In this document: one piece after another, positions 20,630 through 34,707 of the stretch
How the letters are laid out: the number at the start of each line of letters is the position of its first letter
Numbering within the stretch: the first letter of the stretch is position 1
Origin: Candidatus Bathyarchaeota archaeon
GTDB taxonomy: Archaea; Thermoproteota; Bathyarchaeia; Bathyarchaeales; Bathycorpusculaceae
Direction: 5' to 3'
Length of the DNA: 64,000 bases
NCBI GenBank assembly: GCA_963772455.1
Contig: CAVYXJ010000010.1
Location: forward strand, 384,001-448,000
Made by a program: the position numbers and the translations under genes
Notes under the pieces: generated by a model
The model's input: the letters and a program-made list of their open reading frames with translations, nothing else
What the model was told of the DNA's origin: nothing
Database searches by the model: none

Positions 20630-21731
20630 GATAACTGAAAGAAAACAAGAGGTCCTCAGGAGTCTCAAGAGCTTTGGCACTTCGATTTACAAGCAACTCG
20701 ACCAATGCGTTTTCCCTACAGTTAAAATGCCCAGCCGCTCTACGGAGAACATCAATTATGATCCAGCTCTGCGTCAATTCATATTAGGCGAAAAAAACGT
20801 TGACAGAAGCACACGAAACATTCGCCACATTAAACCATTTACTCAACTTGCTTGGGTTGCAATGTTTAGCAATGAACTCACTAGTCAACGTAAAACCTCA
20901 ACTTTAAGAGATGTCTACTACTCTGCACAAGCCTACGAGATGACCTTTGCTGATCAGCAGGAATCAAACAACATAATCACCGACCTTGAAACACTCACAG
21001 GTTTTGCAAGAGAAGACTTCAATATTTTCCCCGAAGAACGAAGCGCAATTTTCGGAGATTTAGAGATTGGTTATACCGTTCCGGGCTATGAAGGTAAAAC
21101 CGTGAATTTAACTAGTCATCCAGACGGTGTACTCATTGGGCCAGCGGTTACCTCTGCAGAGTTCATAAAAACCACTGCTGATAAAGTCATAGCCATAGAG
21201 AAAGGTGCCCTGTTCACAAGGTTTATCGAAGAAAACGTCCATAACAAACATAAATCGCTTTTGATTTCGTGTGGTGGGCAAGCACCAAGACAAACCCGTA
21301 GCTTCATCCGTCGATTACATGATGAGCTCGGGCTGCCAGTCTACATCTTGACTGATGGTGATCCATGGGGAATGCACATTGCCCAAGTCATTATTTCTGG
21401 TTCAGCCAACGCAGCACACCTCCGCGACCTAAACACTCCAGACGCAGTTTGGAGCGGCGTTTGGGCATCAGACATTGTGGAATACAAATTACCAACCGAT
21501 CCACTTGATGAAGTAGACATTAAACGGCTCAACGAATTAGCCCGAGATCCAAGATACCAAAACGACCCCATCTGGCAACGTGAAATCAAACTTGCCCTCA
21601 AGATTAAGCGTAAGACAGAATTGGAAGCTTTCAGTAGATACGGCTTAACTTACATAGTGGATGAGTATTTACCAACTAAACTCGATCAGAAACCCAAAGA
21701 GGAAGGCCGCGAGACAGGCAAGAAAGGATAG
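20610..21731 (+). CDS. top6A: DNA topoisomerase VI subunit A
   Basis: STLRDVYY catalytic Tyr, IEK, TDGDPWG TOPRIM, KTELEA; overlaps top6B. Confidence 0.95.
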   Translation: MAQKKIKITERKQEVLRSLKSFGTSIYKQLDQCVFPTVKMPSRSTENINYDPALRQFILGEKNVDRSTRNIRHIKPFTQLAWVAMFSNELTSQRKTSTLRDVYYSAQAYEMTFADQQESNNIITDLETLTGFAREDFNIFPEERSAIFGDLEIGYTVPGYEGKTVNLTSHPDGVLIGPAVTSAEFIKTTADKVIAIEKGALFTRFIEENVHNKHKSLLISCGGQAPRQTRSFIRRLHDELGLPVYILTDGDPWGMHIAQVIISGSANAAHLRDLNTPDAVWSGVWASDIVEYKLPTDPLDEVDIKRLNELARDPRYQNDPIWQREIKLALKIKRKTELEAFSRYGLTYIVDEYLPTKLDQKPKEEGRETGKKG

Positions 21732-22071
21732 TAACAAGCTCAAGTTTTAATAATCCTTGATTTTAACTTGGAATGCTAACATAGCATATGAAAAATACTT
21801 CTTGCTTGTTATAAAAATGATTTTTTAATGAATGATTTATCTTTTTTTCTTTCGGTAAGACGCTATTGAGTATCCGCTGCGATGACTCTTCAGTCATTAA
21901 GAAATCCACTCCATAAGCGACGCCTACCCAATTATCCCTAAACACAACATTTTTTTATAAAAACATTCACATTTAATGTAAACTGAAACCAAAGTTTTTT
22001 TTGCTTAGACAAAGTTTTTATGCGCGTTTGAAACTCTTACAATTCCCCGTTAAGACAAAGGATGATTCAAG

Positions 22072-22893
22072 ATGGCCCTACAAAAAGGAGATTTCATATT
22101 AATCGATTATGTAGCGAAAGTTAAAGAAACAAACGAAGTTTTTGACACAACAAAAGAAGATGTAGCAAAAAAAGAGCATCTCCACAAAGAAGGACAAGTA
22201 CATGAACCAGAACTTGTGGTTGTTGGTGAAGGCTGGGTTCTAAAAGCACTTGATGAAGCTTTAACAACATTGGAATTAAACAAACCTTGTACCGTTGAAA
22301 TTTCACCTGAAAAAGGCTTCGGACAAAGAGACCCAGAAAAAATCAAACGAGTTCCAATAAAACAACTCTATGCAAAAGAAATTAACCCAGTCATTGGAGC
22401 ACGCATAGAATACCAAGGAAAGAACGCAACTATTCGCTCCATAGGCGCAGGAAGAGTCCTTCTTGACTTTAACGCTCCTTTAGCCGGAAGAACCCTCATT
22501 TATGACGTTACAGTAACAAACAAACTAGACAAAATCCCAGAAAAAATCGGCGCCTTAGTTCACCGCAGAGTACCAGTAGTTGAACAAGATAAATTCAAAT
22601 TAACACTAAAAGGCTGTGACTTAACAATAGATATGCCTGAAGAAACTTTCTATGTTGAAGGCATACAAATCGCTAAACGCGGTATAGCCATGGACATTCA
22701 AAAGTTTGTTCCTGAATTATCTGAAACAAAGTTTGTTGAAACCTTCAAAGCTGAACCTAAACCAGTCACAGCTACTCCAACTCCAACATCGACAACTCCA
22801 AAAACTGAACCAGAAACAAAAACAGAAGCAGAAGCTACAGCAGAAACGAAACCTGCAAAAACTCCAAAAGCAGCAAAAGCTGCTAAGGCATAA
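22072..22893 (+). CDS. Long-type archaeal FKBP peptidyl-prolyl isomerase (SlyD-like)
   Basis: VFDTT, PEKGFGQRD, LDFNAPLAGRTL; Thr/Pro/Ala/Lys low-complexity tail. Confidence 0.9.
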   Translation: MALQKGDFILIDYVAKVKETNEVFDTTKEDVAKKEHLHKEGQVHEPELVVVGEGWVLKALDEALTTLELNKPCTVEISPEKGFGQRDPEKIKRVPIKQLYAKEINPVIGARIEYQGKNATIRSIGAGRVLLDFNAPLAGRTLIYDVTVTNKLDKIPEKIGALVHRRVPVVEQDKFKLTLKGCDLTIDMPEETFYVEGIQIAKRGIAMDIQKFVPELSETKFVETFKAEPKPVTATPTPTSTTPKTEPETKTEAEATAETKPAKTPKAAKAAKA

Positions 22894-23029
22894 CTGTTCC
22901 AAACAGTTTTTTCTTTAATTTAATTATCATTTTTTGAATTTTGCTGATGCAATTAGGCACATTTTTTTTCAGTTGAAAACAGATATTAAATCTTAAAGAA
23001 TTTACACAATTCAATCTATCTATCTGGAT

Positions 23030-24118
23030 TTAGTCTATTGTTCCTGTTGCCTTCGCTACTCTCTCACATGCTTCAGTGTTAAGGTTTAGCTTATGCAGGA
23101 TTGTAAATCGTTCAGGTCTTATTTTCGGTGCTAACTCAAGTGCTTCTATCAAGTCTGTATCTTTTACACCTAATTCAGCGGCGGTCGTTGGTGCACCAAG
23201 TTGTTTAAGAGTTTTTTTTATACTTTGCCAATTTGCTCTATAAAGATAAGCAGTCAAAATTGCGCCGACACCGCATTGTTCTCCGTGCATAGCTTGGTTT
23301 GATCTTACCCTATCTAATGCATGGCTAAAGAGGTGTTCAGAGCCACTACAGGGACGACTGCTTCCAGCAATGCTCATTGCAACTCCACAACTAATCAAAG
23401 CCTCAAGAAGAACTCGTAAGCCTTCATCTTGTCTATAAACAATTAAATCAGCGTTCTCAGTCACCAATTTAGCACTCATCAAGGCTAAACTTGCAGCATA
23501 TCCACCATAATACTCGTTATTTTCCATGTGAGCCAGCTTCCAATCTTTCACAGATGAGAACTTGGAGATTACATCTCCGCATCCGCTAACCACAAACCGC
23601 CAAGGAGCCTTGGAAATCACTTCAGTATCCGCAATTATTGCCAACGGTGCTTGTGCTAAAATGGAGTATGGCTTGTCTGAACCTTTGATTGAAGCAAGGG
23701 GGCTTGCAATTCCATCATGAGAAACTGTAGTTGGAATGCTGATGAAGGGAATGTTTTGGGTGCAAGAACTGATTTTTGCTGCATCAATAATAGTTCCACC
23801 GCCAACACCGAATAGAACTTGGGGTAATGTAGCCTCGATTCGTTGTTCAATTGATATTAAATCTTTTTCGGACATGGCTTTTATCTGAAGAACATCAACT
23901 TTCAAACCCGCTTGCTCAAGAAGGCAGCAAACGGTTTTTCCAGCTAACTCATAGCTCTTTGAACCGGCAATTACCAAAGCTTTTCCCTTAATATTTAATC
24001 GTCTTACAACTTCGGGAACTCGGCTTAGGGTGCCGTTTCCAACAATGACCTCACGTGGAAGCTGCATGTAATGGTAACTTAAACTCAAATTAGACCACTG
24101 TTTAACTTGCAAAGACAT
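23030..24118 (-). CDS. egsA: sn-glycerol-1-phosphate dehydrogenase
   Basis: GVGGGTIID, PTTVSHDGIAS, SRPCSGSEHLFSHALD, HGEQCG. Confidence 0.95.
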   Translation of the reverse strand: MSLQVKQWSNLSLSYHYMQLPREVIVGNGTLSRVPEVVRRLNIKGKALVIAGSKSYELAGKTVCCLLEQAGLKVDVLQIKAMSEKDLISIEQRIEATLPQVLFGVGGGTIIDAAKISSCTQNIPFISIPTTVSHDGIASPLASIKGSDKPYSILAQAPLAIIADTEVISKAPWRFVVSGCGDVISKFSSVKDWKLAHMENNEYYGGYAASLALMSAKLVTENADLIVYRQDEGLRVLLEALISCGVAMSIAGSSRPCSGSEHLFSHALDRVRSNQAMHGEQCGVGAILTAYLYRANWQSIKKTLKQLGAPTTAAELGVKDTDLIEALELAPKIRPERFTILHKLNLNTEACERVAKATGTID

Positions 24119-24368
24119 AGTTCGGGATGGATGCTTTAAAACTTTGGGAAATATAGCACATTTACAACCAAGATATCTGAGATAAAAAGTTCAATTAAAG
24201 GAAAAAAAATAACACTAATGGTTCATCCATAAAATAAACATCTTTTGATGTGGTTTTAGGTCCAAATAATATTTGAAAAACAAATGCATAATCAAATTTT
24301 GCTTCTAAAATATGTCATGCTTAAATACCGATTATTCGTTTATTGGTTTTTAAGGAGACACAAAAAAC

Positions 24369-24647
24369 ATGCCCGCCATTGAAGTCGGCAGAATATGCGT
24401 AAAACAAATAGGTCGAGAAAACGGCAAAAAATGCGTCATCATCGACGTCATGGATAAAAGCTTCGTCTTAATAACAGGACCCAAAAAAGTAACAAGCGTT
24501 AAACGAAGACGCGTTAACCTTAACCATATCATGCCCCTACAAGACAAAATTGAAATAAAAAGAGGCGCTTCAGATGAAGAAGTTGCCCAATGCTTAGAGG
24601 CTTCAGGCAAACTCAAAGAAATGACTGAATCAATAAAAACAGCCTAG
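24369..24647 (+). CDS. rpl14e: 50S ribosomal protein L14e
   Basis: MPAIEVGRICVK..GRE.GKKCVI.D..DK.FVLITGPK. Confidence 0.95.
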   Translation: MPAIEVGRICVKQIGRENGKKCVIIDVMDKSFVLITGPKKVTSVKRRRVNLNHIMPLQDKIEIKRGASDEEVAQCLEASGKLKEMTESIKTA

Positions 24648-24710
24648 TTTTAAACTTTAATTACTTCAAATTTCTTTTTCTTAAAGCCAGTTAGGAGAAA
24701 AAAGCCGAGA

Positions 24711-25742
24711 ATGCCCAGAACAACCCCTCCATGGGAAATCAAACGTGAACTTTTAACCAAAACAGAGGACACTACCAACCCAAAATATGGCTGTAAACCA
24801 TCTGAGCGACCGGCAAAAGAATACATCAAATACGGAACCATTAATTTGGATAAACCGGCTGGTCCAACAAGTCACGAGGTTGCTGCTTGGGTTAAAAGGA
24901 TCATGCATCTTGAAGCAATTGGACATGGAGGAACCCTTGACCCTAAAGTAACAGGCATTTTACCCATTACATTAGAAGACGCAACAAAAATGGTTCAAGC
25001 CCTTCTCTACAGTGGCAAAGAATACATCTGCGTCATGAAACTGCACGGTGACGTTCGTGAAGACCAAGTTAAACGTGTTCTTGTAGAGTTTGAAGATGAA
25101 ATTTATCAACGTCCACCACTTCGTTCTGCAGTTAAACGGCAACTAAGAACAAGGCGAATTTACTATAATGAATTTTTAGAGTTTGATGGGCGAAATGTGC
25201 TCTTTAAAGTTGGCTGCGAAGGTGGCACATACATTCGTAAACTCTGTTTTGACATCGGTGAAATCCTCGGAGTTGGGGGACATATGCAAGAACTTCGACG
25301 TTCACGTGCTGGACCTTTCATTGAAACCAGCGCAAAAAAAGTAACCTTGCATGATGTGGCTTATTGGTTTGGCGAGTATGAAGAGAAAAAGGAACAATCG
25401 ATTTTATGTAAATTCATTGAGCCCATGGAAGTTGCATTGATGCAATTACCGAAAATTGTTATTCGCGACTCGGCTGTTGATGCAATATGTCATGGCGCTA
25501 ATTTGACTGCGCCAGGTGTGCTGCAAGTTGATACAGGAATCATAAAAGGCTCGACAATCGCGATTTTCACCCTGAAAGGTGAGGCTGTTGCATTGGCGAA
25601 GGCTCTTGTTTCAACTCAGGAAATCATGGATTTGAACCATGGAGCTGTTGCTGAACTTGCAAGAGTGTTAATGCCGCGGGGCACCTACCCAAAAGTCTGG
25701 AAGACTGGTAGCGCACATGAGCAAAAACCCAAAGCACGTTGA
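24711..25742 (+). CDS. cbf5: H/ACA RNA-guided pseudouridine synthase Cbf5
   Basis: DKPAGPTSHEV, GHGGTLDPKVTG, GTYIRKLC, C-terminal PUA domain. Confidence 0.95.
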   Translation: MPRTTPPWEIKRELLTKTEDTTNPKYGCKPSERPAKEYIKYGTINLDKPAGPTSHEVAAWVKRIMHLEAIGHGGTLDPKVTGILPITLEDATKMVQALLYSGKEYICVMKLHGDVREDQVKRVLVEFEDEIYQRPPLRSAVKRQLRTRRIYYNEFLEFDGRNVLFKVGCEGGTYIRKLCFDIGEILGVGGHMQELRRSRAGPFIETSAKKVTLHDVAYWFGEYEEKKEQSILCKFIEPMEVALMQLPKIVIRDSAVDAICHGANLTAPGVLQVDTGIIKGSTIAIFTLKGEAVALAKALVSTQEIMDLNHGAVAELARVLMPRGTYPKVWKTGSAHEQKPKAR

Positions 25743-26338
25743 GCACTATTTTTCTTCTGCGCCTCAGTCCCATGAACGTTTCGGGCTTATTCGAACTAGC
25801 TTATGCGGTAAATCCTTCGAGTTTTTAACTGCATCAAGCGTTTTTTCGAAACGAAAAATTGATTGCGGTACTAGATTGCTCATTGAATCTATGATTCTCC
25901 CCACAACAGGATACATTCTTGACTTAGGATGCGGATACGGAGCTGTGGGCATCTCTGTTGCAAAATTTAATCCTAAATTAAATGTGATCATGACAGATGT
26001 AAATGCACGTGCAGTGCGTTTAGCTAAGAAAAACTTAACATTAAACAGAGTATATCAATGCTGAGGTACGGTACGGATTCTTTTATGAACCTGTCGAAGA
26101 TTTCAAGTTCAATTGCGTTCTCTCTAATCCACCTGTGAGTGCAGGTATGGAAACAGTAAAAGCAATTGTGACAGGCGCTCCAAAAGTGATGGCGCCAGAA
26201 GCAAGTTTTCAGATGGTTATACGATCTAAAATAGGAGCAAAAATATTGCCCGCATTGTTTACAGAAACCTTTGGCAACTGTGAGGTTGTTGCACGAGAAA
26301 GCGGTTTTCGAGTACTTATGGGCAAATCGAAAGGTTAA
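25717..26338 (+). pseudogene. RsmC/MTS-like class I SAM methyltransferase, frameshifted near 26053
   Basis: VFSKRKIDCGT, LDLGCGYG in the first ORF; removing one base near 26053 gives RVINAEVRYG..YEPV...SNPPVSAG, joining the second ORF. Confidence 0.75.
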
Positions 26339-26644
26339 AGAATTCTTAAGTAAAATTTTTTAATGCCTTTCGAATTATTCGTCTTCTTGAAATTATAATT
26401 CCTGTAAATCTGAACCAAAGTAGATCAAAAGTCTTATTTCTCGAATAAAAGTGGTATTTGCATTTTTATTGAAATCGGAACCAAGTTGTTACTTCTAATT
26501 ATGTTTAGGTGTAGATGGTCAAAAAAGGGATTCTGTCCAATAATTCCACAGTTGAGACAAGAAATAATTTTTGCTAAAGTACCGCAAACTTGAAAAAGCT
26601 ATTCTGCCATAACAGAAGAAAACAGTGTTAGGCAGTGGACTAAA

Positions 26645-26878
26645 ATGAAGTTAAATAAAGTCGACGAAAAAGTCTTCAAAACCCTCAAAGAGGAAGGTAA
26701 GGAATTAACTCTTCAAGAATTAACTGACAAAACGGGTGAACCCTGCAAAAAAGTTTTCAAGTCACTTAAGAAGTTTTTCGAGCACGAAATCATCGAGACC
26801 AAAGCACGCAAATATTCGTTAACCGGCAAGGATCCAGCGGCAAAAGAAGAAGAACCCGAATCTGCACCTGAAGAATAA
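26645..26878 (+). CDS. Small winged-helix DNA-binding protein
   Basis: KELTLQELTDKTGE..KKVFKSLKKFFEHEII HTH-like pattern. Confidence 0.6.
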   Translation: MKLNKVDEKVFKTLKEEGKELTLQELTDKTGEPCKKVFKSLKKFFEHEIIETKARKYSLTGKDPAAKEEEPESAPEE

Positions 26879-26885
26879 AAATTTT

Positions 26886-26962
26886 TGGAGCCTCGAGCGG
26901 GCCTTGCTCCCGCGGCCTGCTGCTTACAAGGCAGCCGCTCTACTGGGCTGAGCTATCGAGGC
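26886..26962 (-). tRNA. tRNA-Thr(TGT), non-canonical T-loop
   Basis: Identical to the 15586 gene except anticodon position 34; encoded CCA. Confidence 0.88.
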
Positions 26963-27514
26963 ACCCAACCAACAAACCCAGATTACACCAACAAATAAAC
27001 CTTACACAAATAAAAGTTACTACTGTCGCAAAATCATTTTTTATTTGTTTTCTATTAAAAAAAATTTATTGAATGAACCAGACAGATAGAAAGGTCAAAA
27101 TTTCATGAGGAGTTATGGACACGGTTGTTGTGAGAACATGATAGCTCTTAAAAGGTCCTGCAGACAACTTAACGTTTCTTTTAAAATAGTGTCTGGCCTA
27201 TCTGAAATGGTGCAAAATATTCTCTTGTTGTTCTATAAAGAACGACAATCTTATATGACTGAGTGTAGCTAGTAAGGTTCCCCACATATGCAACTCGGCA
27301 ACGAAATGTTTGCGCGAGTGAAGAAGCAAAAGAAGCAAGCGATGTATCAAAACCCCGACGACAACCTCACTGCAGCTCAACGATACACTTATATTAACGG
27401 AATCTGCTTCTATTGCAATTCAGCAATATGGGTTATACCATAAAAACTGATGCAACTCCCCACCTAATCAGTGTGGAGTGAAGGGTGAGTTGAGTTCCTG
27501 ATCACTGGGAATTC

Positions 27515-27620
27515 ACAATGACACCATGCATAGGCCAAACAACAACGACGCAACACACTATATACGAGAAATATGTGTTTCACCAAACGCCAAACAGACA
27601 CTACCATTGGCCCGAAACAT
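27515..27620 (+). repeat. 5' arm of 23S processing stem (pairs with 30635-30730) with a BHB-like motif
   Basis: ccatgcataggccaaac/gtttggtctatgcatgg; cagacactac/gtagtgtctg; bulges aaa and ata around cgcc/agcg. Confidence 0.85.
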
Positions 27621-27621
27621 G

Positions 27622-30633
<3,012 letters not shown>

Positions 30634-30988
30634 GATGTCGAGTCAATGTAGTGTCTGAGCGATATTTGGTTGAGACGCATATTTCGGTGTAGTGTGATGT
30701 AGTGTTTGGTCTATGCATGGCGTAACTGTCATATTGCTTAGAATTTTCTTTTTTTTTATTATTTTTGTTATTTTATGGATAGAGTAAAGAAAGATTTTTA
30801 TTAAAAAATCATGTTGTATTTGGTTTTTCATTGTTTACTTATGGGTGTTAGTTTGTAGCCTTTTTTTTATTTGATAATCTGAGTAGTTAACTGTTGGGAT
30901 TGAAGCTGGGAAAACAATTGTCCCGATTAGTTTAGTTGTTTTTGAGTAAAAGTTAAATCTTCATTACAGCTAAGATTCGCTGATTGAG

Positions 30989-31228
30989 ATGGATAGAGTG
31001 CCTCTTTGCCCTACATGTTTTATTGAGATGAAACCTAAATGCAACAAAGAAAAAAAGGTAATTTATCATCAATGCCCCCAATGCGGGACCCTCATATTAT
31101 TCACTCATTCGGGCATTAATCTGTTATTTAAAATAGACTTTTGTATGATTAGTGTGAGCAAAATGTTATTTTGCATACGAGTTTTGAAAAAGACATTCGC
31201 TTATGAAAAGGATCAGGAGATGAAATAG
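30989..31228 (+). CDS. Small zinc-ribbon hypothetical protein
   Basis: CPTC...CPQCG; C-terminal part uncertain. Confidence 0.4.
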   Translation: MDRVPLCPTCFIEMKPKCNKEKKVIYHQCPQCGTLILFTHSGINLLFKIDFCMISVSKMLFCIRVLKKTFAYEKDQEMK

Positions 31229-31239
31229 ATTCTTAAAAA

Positions 31240-31467
31240 TCAGGCGTGGACAACAGTTTCAGTTATGGTTATGCCACTAATTTCAAACACAGTATCTCGA
31301 ATGCGTCGTACATCCTCAAGGTCTTTTCCTTCTGCATAAAGAATAACGTCATAGTTACCCATAACAGAATGTGAAACTTTTACCCCTTGAATCTTAAGTG
31401 ATGCATGAACAACATTCTTGGATTCTCCTATCCTGGTTTTAATTAACATATAGAAAGGCACTACCAT
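31240..31467 (-). CDS. Stand-alone Lrp/AsnC ligand-binding (RAM) domain protein
   Basis: IQGVKVSHSVMGNYDVIL...ISGITITET pattern, no HTH. Confidence 0.8.
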   Translation of the reverse strand: MVVPFYMLIKTRIGESKNVVHASLKIQGVKVSHSVMGNYDVILYAEGKDLEDVRRIRDTVFEISGITITETVVHA

Positions 31468-31716
31468 AGTGTTTCCCCAATGTAGAATTATGTGAATGCC
31501 AAAATGTAAATCTTGCTGTATTTTTCACGCCATTGACAAGAATAGATTTGTATTTGGAATTGTCCCAAAGTCATTTGTAAGAGGCTAAGCGTGAAGGAAG
31601 TGATGTTGATTATGAAACTATCAATGTAGCAGTTGTTTGACTCCTAATTAATCTCGACCTGAATCCTGTATTCATAAAATCTATTATGTTGTAAGTGAAT
31701 GTGTTTTTGATCCAAA

Positions 31717-31851
31717 ATGAAGAGTCAAAAAGTTGAAACTTGCACATTGGAGTTTCCGATTATGGTTGACTTTTTTGATTTAGGCACTGTTGAACAGGTA
31801 GTTGAAGAAGCCTTCATTAAAGAACCACGGAAACGAAAAAGAAAAACCTAA
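31717..31851 (+). CDS. Small hypothetical protein (44 aa)
   Basis: MKSQKVETCTLEFPIMVDFFDLG...EPRKRKRKT. Confidence 0.3.
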   Translation: MKSQKVETCTLEFPIMVDFFDLGTVEQVVEEAFIKEPRKRKRKT

Positions 31852-31930
31852 AAATCATAAACAAACTTTATTAAAAATTGAAAAAAAATAGAAATTGTAA
31901 TCTAAAAAAAGTGAAGTTTTGGCGATTGCT

Positions 31931-32141
31931 TTATTCGCCCCAGTCTTCACCTTCAATCGTTAACTCTTGAAGATCTATGCATCCACCTCCATCACTTATT
32001 TTTTTGACTTCAAGTTCAAGACCGCAACCTGGACAACTTAGGATTTCTCCTTTTTCCAGATCGTTGGGGACATTTAGTTGGAATTCGCAGTCTGGACATT
32101 TAGCATTTGTTTTGTTTATTTGGATTTTTTGGGTTAATCAT
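31931..32141 (-). CDS. lysW: LysW amino-group carrier protein (start out of frame by one base)
   Basis: KCPDCE...GEILSCPGCGLELEV...IEGEDWGE; EDWGE C-terminus is the LysW hallmark; ATG at 32141 needs a 1-nt deletion. Confidence 0.85.
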
Positions 32142-32336
32142 TATTCTTTTCTCTTTTTGATTGTTAATTCTTTAAAGGAAAAGATTTCTTTTAAATATTG
32201 TGACATTTATGTCACAAATTATACTATTTGTGTTCCATTTGGGACAATAGTACTTTTATCTATTTACTACAGAAAATTATTGAAGTAACTTCAGCAACAA
32301 CTAAATTATGGTAACTAGATTAGATAGCAGGTGATG

Positions 32337-33402
32337 ATGGATTAGGGTAATTTTCCATTTGGATATGGATCATTTTTATACAGCTCTTGAAGAGCGAGAG
32401 CACCCAGAAATTAAGGGAAGACCCGTCATTGTAGGTTCTGACCCAAAAGAAGGAAAAGGCAGAGGAGTCGTTAGCACAAGTAATTATGAAGCAAGAAAGT
32501 CTGGAGTGCGTTCAGGTATGCCTATTTCTCAAGCATGGCGGCTTTGTCCACGTGCAGTTTATTTGCCGCCGAACTTTCAATTGTACATCAAAGTTTCTGA
32601 CGAAATCATGGAAATAGCTCGTAAGTATGCTTGGAAGTTTGAGCAGTGGGGAATTGACGAAGCCTTTTTGGATGTAAGTGACAAGGTTTGGGACTGGACG
32701 GGGGCGAAGTTGTTGGCCCTTCAGATTAAGCAAGAAATTAAGGACAAAGAGGGAATCACAGCATCGATAGGTGTGGGACCAAATAAATTGGTGGCTAAAA
32801 TTGCAAGCGATTATCAGAAGCCCGATGGTTTAACCATCGTCAAAGAAGAGGAAGTGGAAAAATTCCTTGATCCCTTACCTGTGCGCAAGTTGCTTTGGGT
32901 GGGGCGCAAAACCGAGCCAAAACTTAAGGAACTGGGAATAAACACTATTGGCGACTTAGCCAGCTACGACCCAACAAAGCTCTCTTCGATGTTTGGAGCG
33001 ATGGGTTTGCAGATGCATATTCTATCTAAGGGAATTGACAAAAGCGAAGTCGAGGAACGTGTGGGCGTCAAAAGCGTTAGTCACGAAACCACGTTTGAAG
33101 AAGATACAGCAGACTCCACAATTATTTTTCAAGCATTAGATGCACTCTGTGAAAATGTTTTAAGGGAAACCGTAGATCAACACTTGCTTTTTAAAACTGT
33201 AACTGTAAAAATTCGTTATCAAGGCTTTGAGACTCACACAAGAAGCAAAACCCTACCTTTCTTGACTAACCGTCTTCGCGACCTGCAAAAAACCGCCAAC
33301 GAATTGCTTTTTACCTATTTACAAAAAGACCGAAAGGTCAGGTTGATTGGAGTGAGAGTTTCAAGTTTGGTTTCTGGAGAAAAACAGCGTACATTGGTTT
33401 AG
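32337..33402 (+). CDS. dinB: Y-family DNA polymerase IV (DinB/Dpo4)
   Basis: RVIFHLDMDHFY, NYEARKSGVRSGMP, IDEAFLD, AKIASDYQKPDG; ATG at 32337 is one base out of frame. Confidence 0.93.
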
Positions 33403-33950
33403 AGTTCAGTAATTTTTTTGGGTACAAGAAGTTTTCCATATTCTTCTTCGCTGGCTACATCGCTCAGTGATTTTCTTGTTCGAACAATATTTAAGAGTTT
33501 ACTGGAAAGGTCAATGTTGTTCTCTGGGTATCCGACTGCGAGCATTATTAGGACTTCAAAGTTTTCTGGGATTTTTAAAACGGTTTTAACTTCTTTTTCG
33601 TTGAAACTTCCAACACAGCAGGTTCCTAAACCCAAGCTGGTGGCAACTAAAACCATGTTCTCCATCGCCAATGCAACGTCGATGGCATACCAATCGGGCG
33701 AAGCTTTTTTGTCACCGCATGCAACAATCACAAGCGGGGATTGGTTAAGGAACTTTGCCCAAGTACCCCCAGACAATGCTTTACGTTTTTCAGGATCAGT
33801 AACTGCGATGAAGTGCCAGGGTTCAATGTTTTTCGCTGAAGGAGCCAGCCGACCAGCCTCCAAAATTTTCTCGAGTTTTTCTCTTTCAACTGGCTTGTCT
33901 TGGTAGTTGCGGATTGAATGCCGTTCCTGAACAGCTTCAAAAACATCCAT
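33399..33950 (-). CDS. Nitroreductase family protein
   Basis: RHSIRNY, APSAKNIEPWHF, SLGLGTC. Confidence 0.9.
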   Translation of the reverse strand: MDVFEAVQERHSIRNYQDKPVEREKLEKILEAGRLAPSAKNIEPWHFIAVTDPEKRKALSGGTWAKFLNQSPLVIVACGDKKASPDWYAIDVALAMENMVLVATSLGLGTCCVGSFNEKEVKTVLKIPENFEVLIMLAVGYPENNIDLSSKLLNIVRTRKSLSDVASEEEYGKLLVPKKITEL

Positions 33951-34050
33951 TTTAAGAGCTTCCTAACTAGAAAATAACCTTAAGTCTAATATTGGTTTTT
34001 ACCTGTTAGTTTTTTGTTATATTATCAAGTAGCGTCTTTTTCTTTGCTGA

Positions 34051-34707
34051 TTATTCTTCATATTTTGTTGGATCAGTGATGCTTGCTTCTTTGAAGGCTT
34101 TTTTGCGGTTGTTGCAGGATTCGCATTTGCCACAGTGTTTGACTCTATCACGATAACAGGACCATGTTAATTCAAAGGGTACGCCTAGTTCCGCGCCATC
34201 TTTGAATAGGTCAGATTTGCGTTTGCCGCTGAAGGGTGCTTGAATAATGATTTCTTCGCAGGTCCCCAATTGGGCAGCTTTCTCGAAGGCTTCGTAGAAT
34301 TCTCGTCGGCAGTCAGGGTAGAAGGGTTCATCTGAGCCTTGGGCGCCATAAAAAATTGTGTTAGCTCCAACAGCGACGGCGTAGGCTACTGCTGTAGAAA
34401 GGAAAATTGCATTTCGAAATGGTACAATGATTGGAGCAGTGAACTCCGAGGTCAAAGGAATTTCGGTATTGCAAAGTGACGTTACATCGTTAAAGATTTC
34501 TTTTAAGGCAGAGAGGTCAATAATTTTTGTAGTTGTGCCTAATTTTTTGGCGATTTGTTTGGCACATTCAGTTTCTTTTACGGCGATTTGTCCATAGTTG
34601 AAGGTAATGGGGTAAATTTGGTAGCCTTGGTTTTTTGCCCAGTAAGCGACTGTTGCAGAGTCTGGTCCACCGCTAAGAACGATAACACATTTTTTTGGAA
34701 GTTTCAT
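34051..34707 (-). CDS. queC: 7-cyano-7-deazaguanine (preQ0) synthase
   Basis: LSGGPDS, VPFRNAIF, YPDCR, TWSCY, HCGKCESC. Confidence 0.95.
   Translation of the reverse strand: MKLPKKCVIVLSGGPDSATVAYWAKNQGYQIYPITFNYGQIAVKETECAKQIAKKLGTTTKIIDLSALKEIFNDVTSLCNTEIPLTSEFTAPIIVPFRNAIFLSTAVAYAVAVGANTIFYGAQGSDEPFYPDCRREFYEAFEKAAQLGTCEEIIIQAPFSGKRKSDLFKDGAELGVPFELTWSCYRDRVKHCGKCESCNNRKKAFKEASITDPTKYEE

Noticed and set aside
22760-22893. Repetitive sequence at the FKBP 3' end
   Set aside because: Low-complexity coding tail, not a DNA repeat array
24850-24890. Possible cbf5 mRNA intron as in some Crenarchaeota
   Set aside because: The GPTSHEV region is contiguous and the ORF is intact
33418-33906. Long antisense ORFs (also 192-542, 18235-18588, 56347-56835)
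   Set aside because: They lie opposite well-supported genes and have no protein-like motifs
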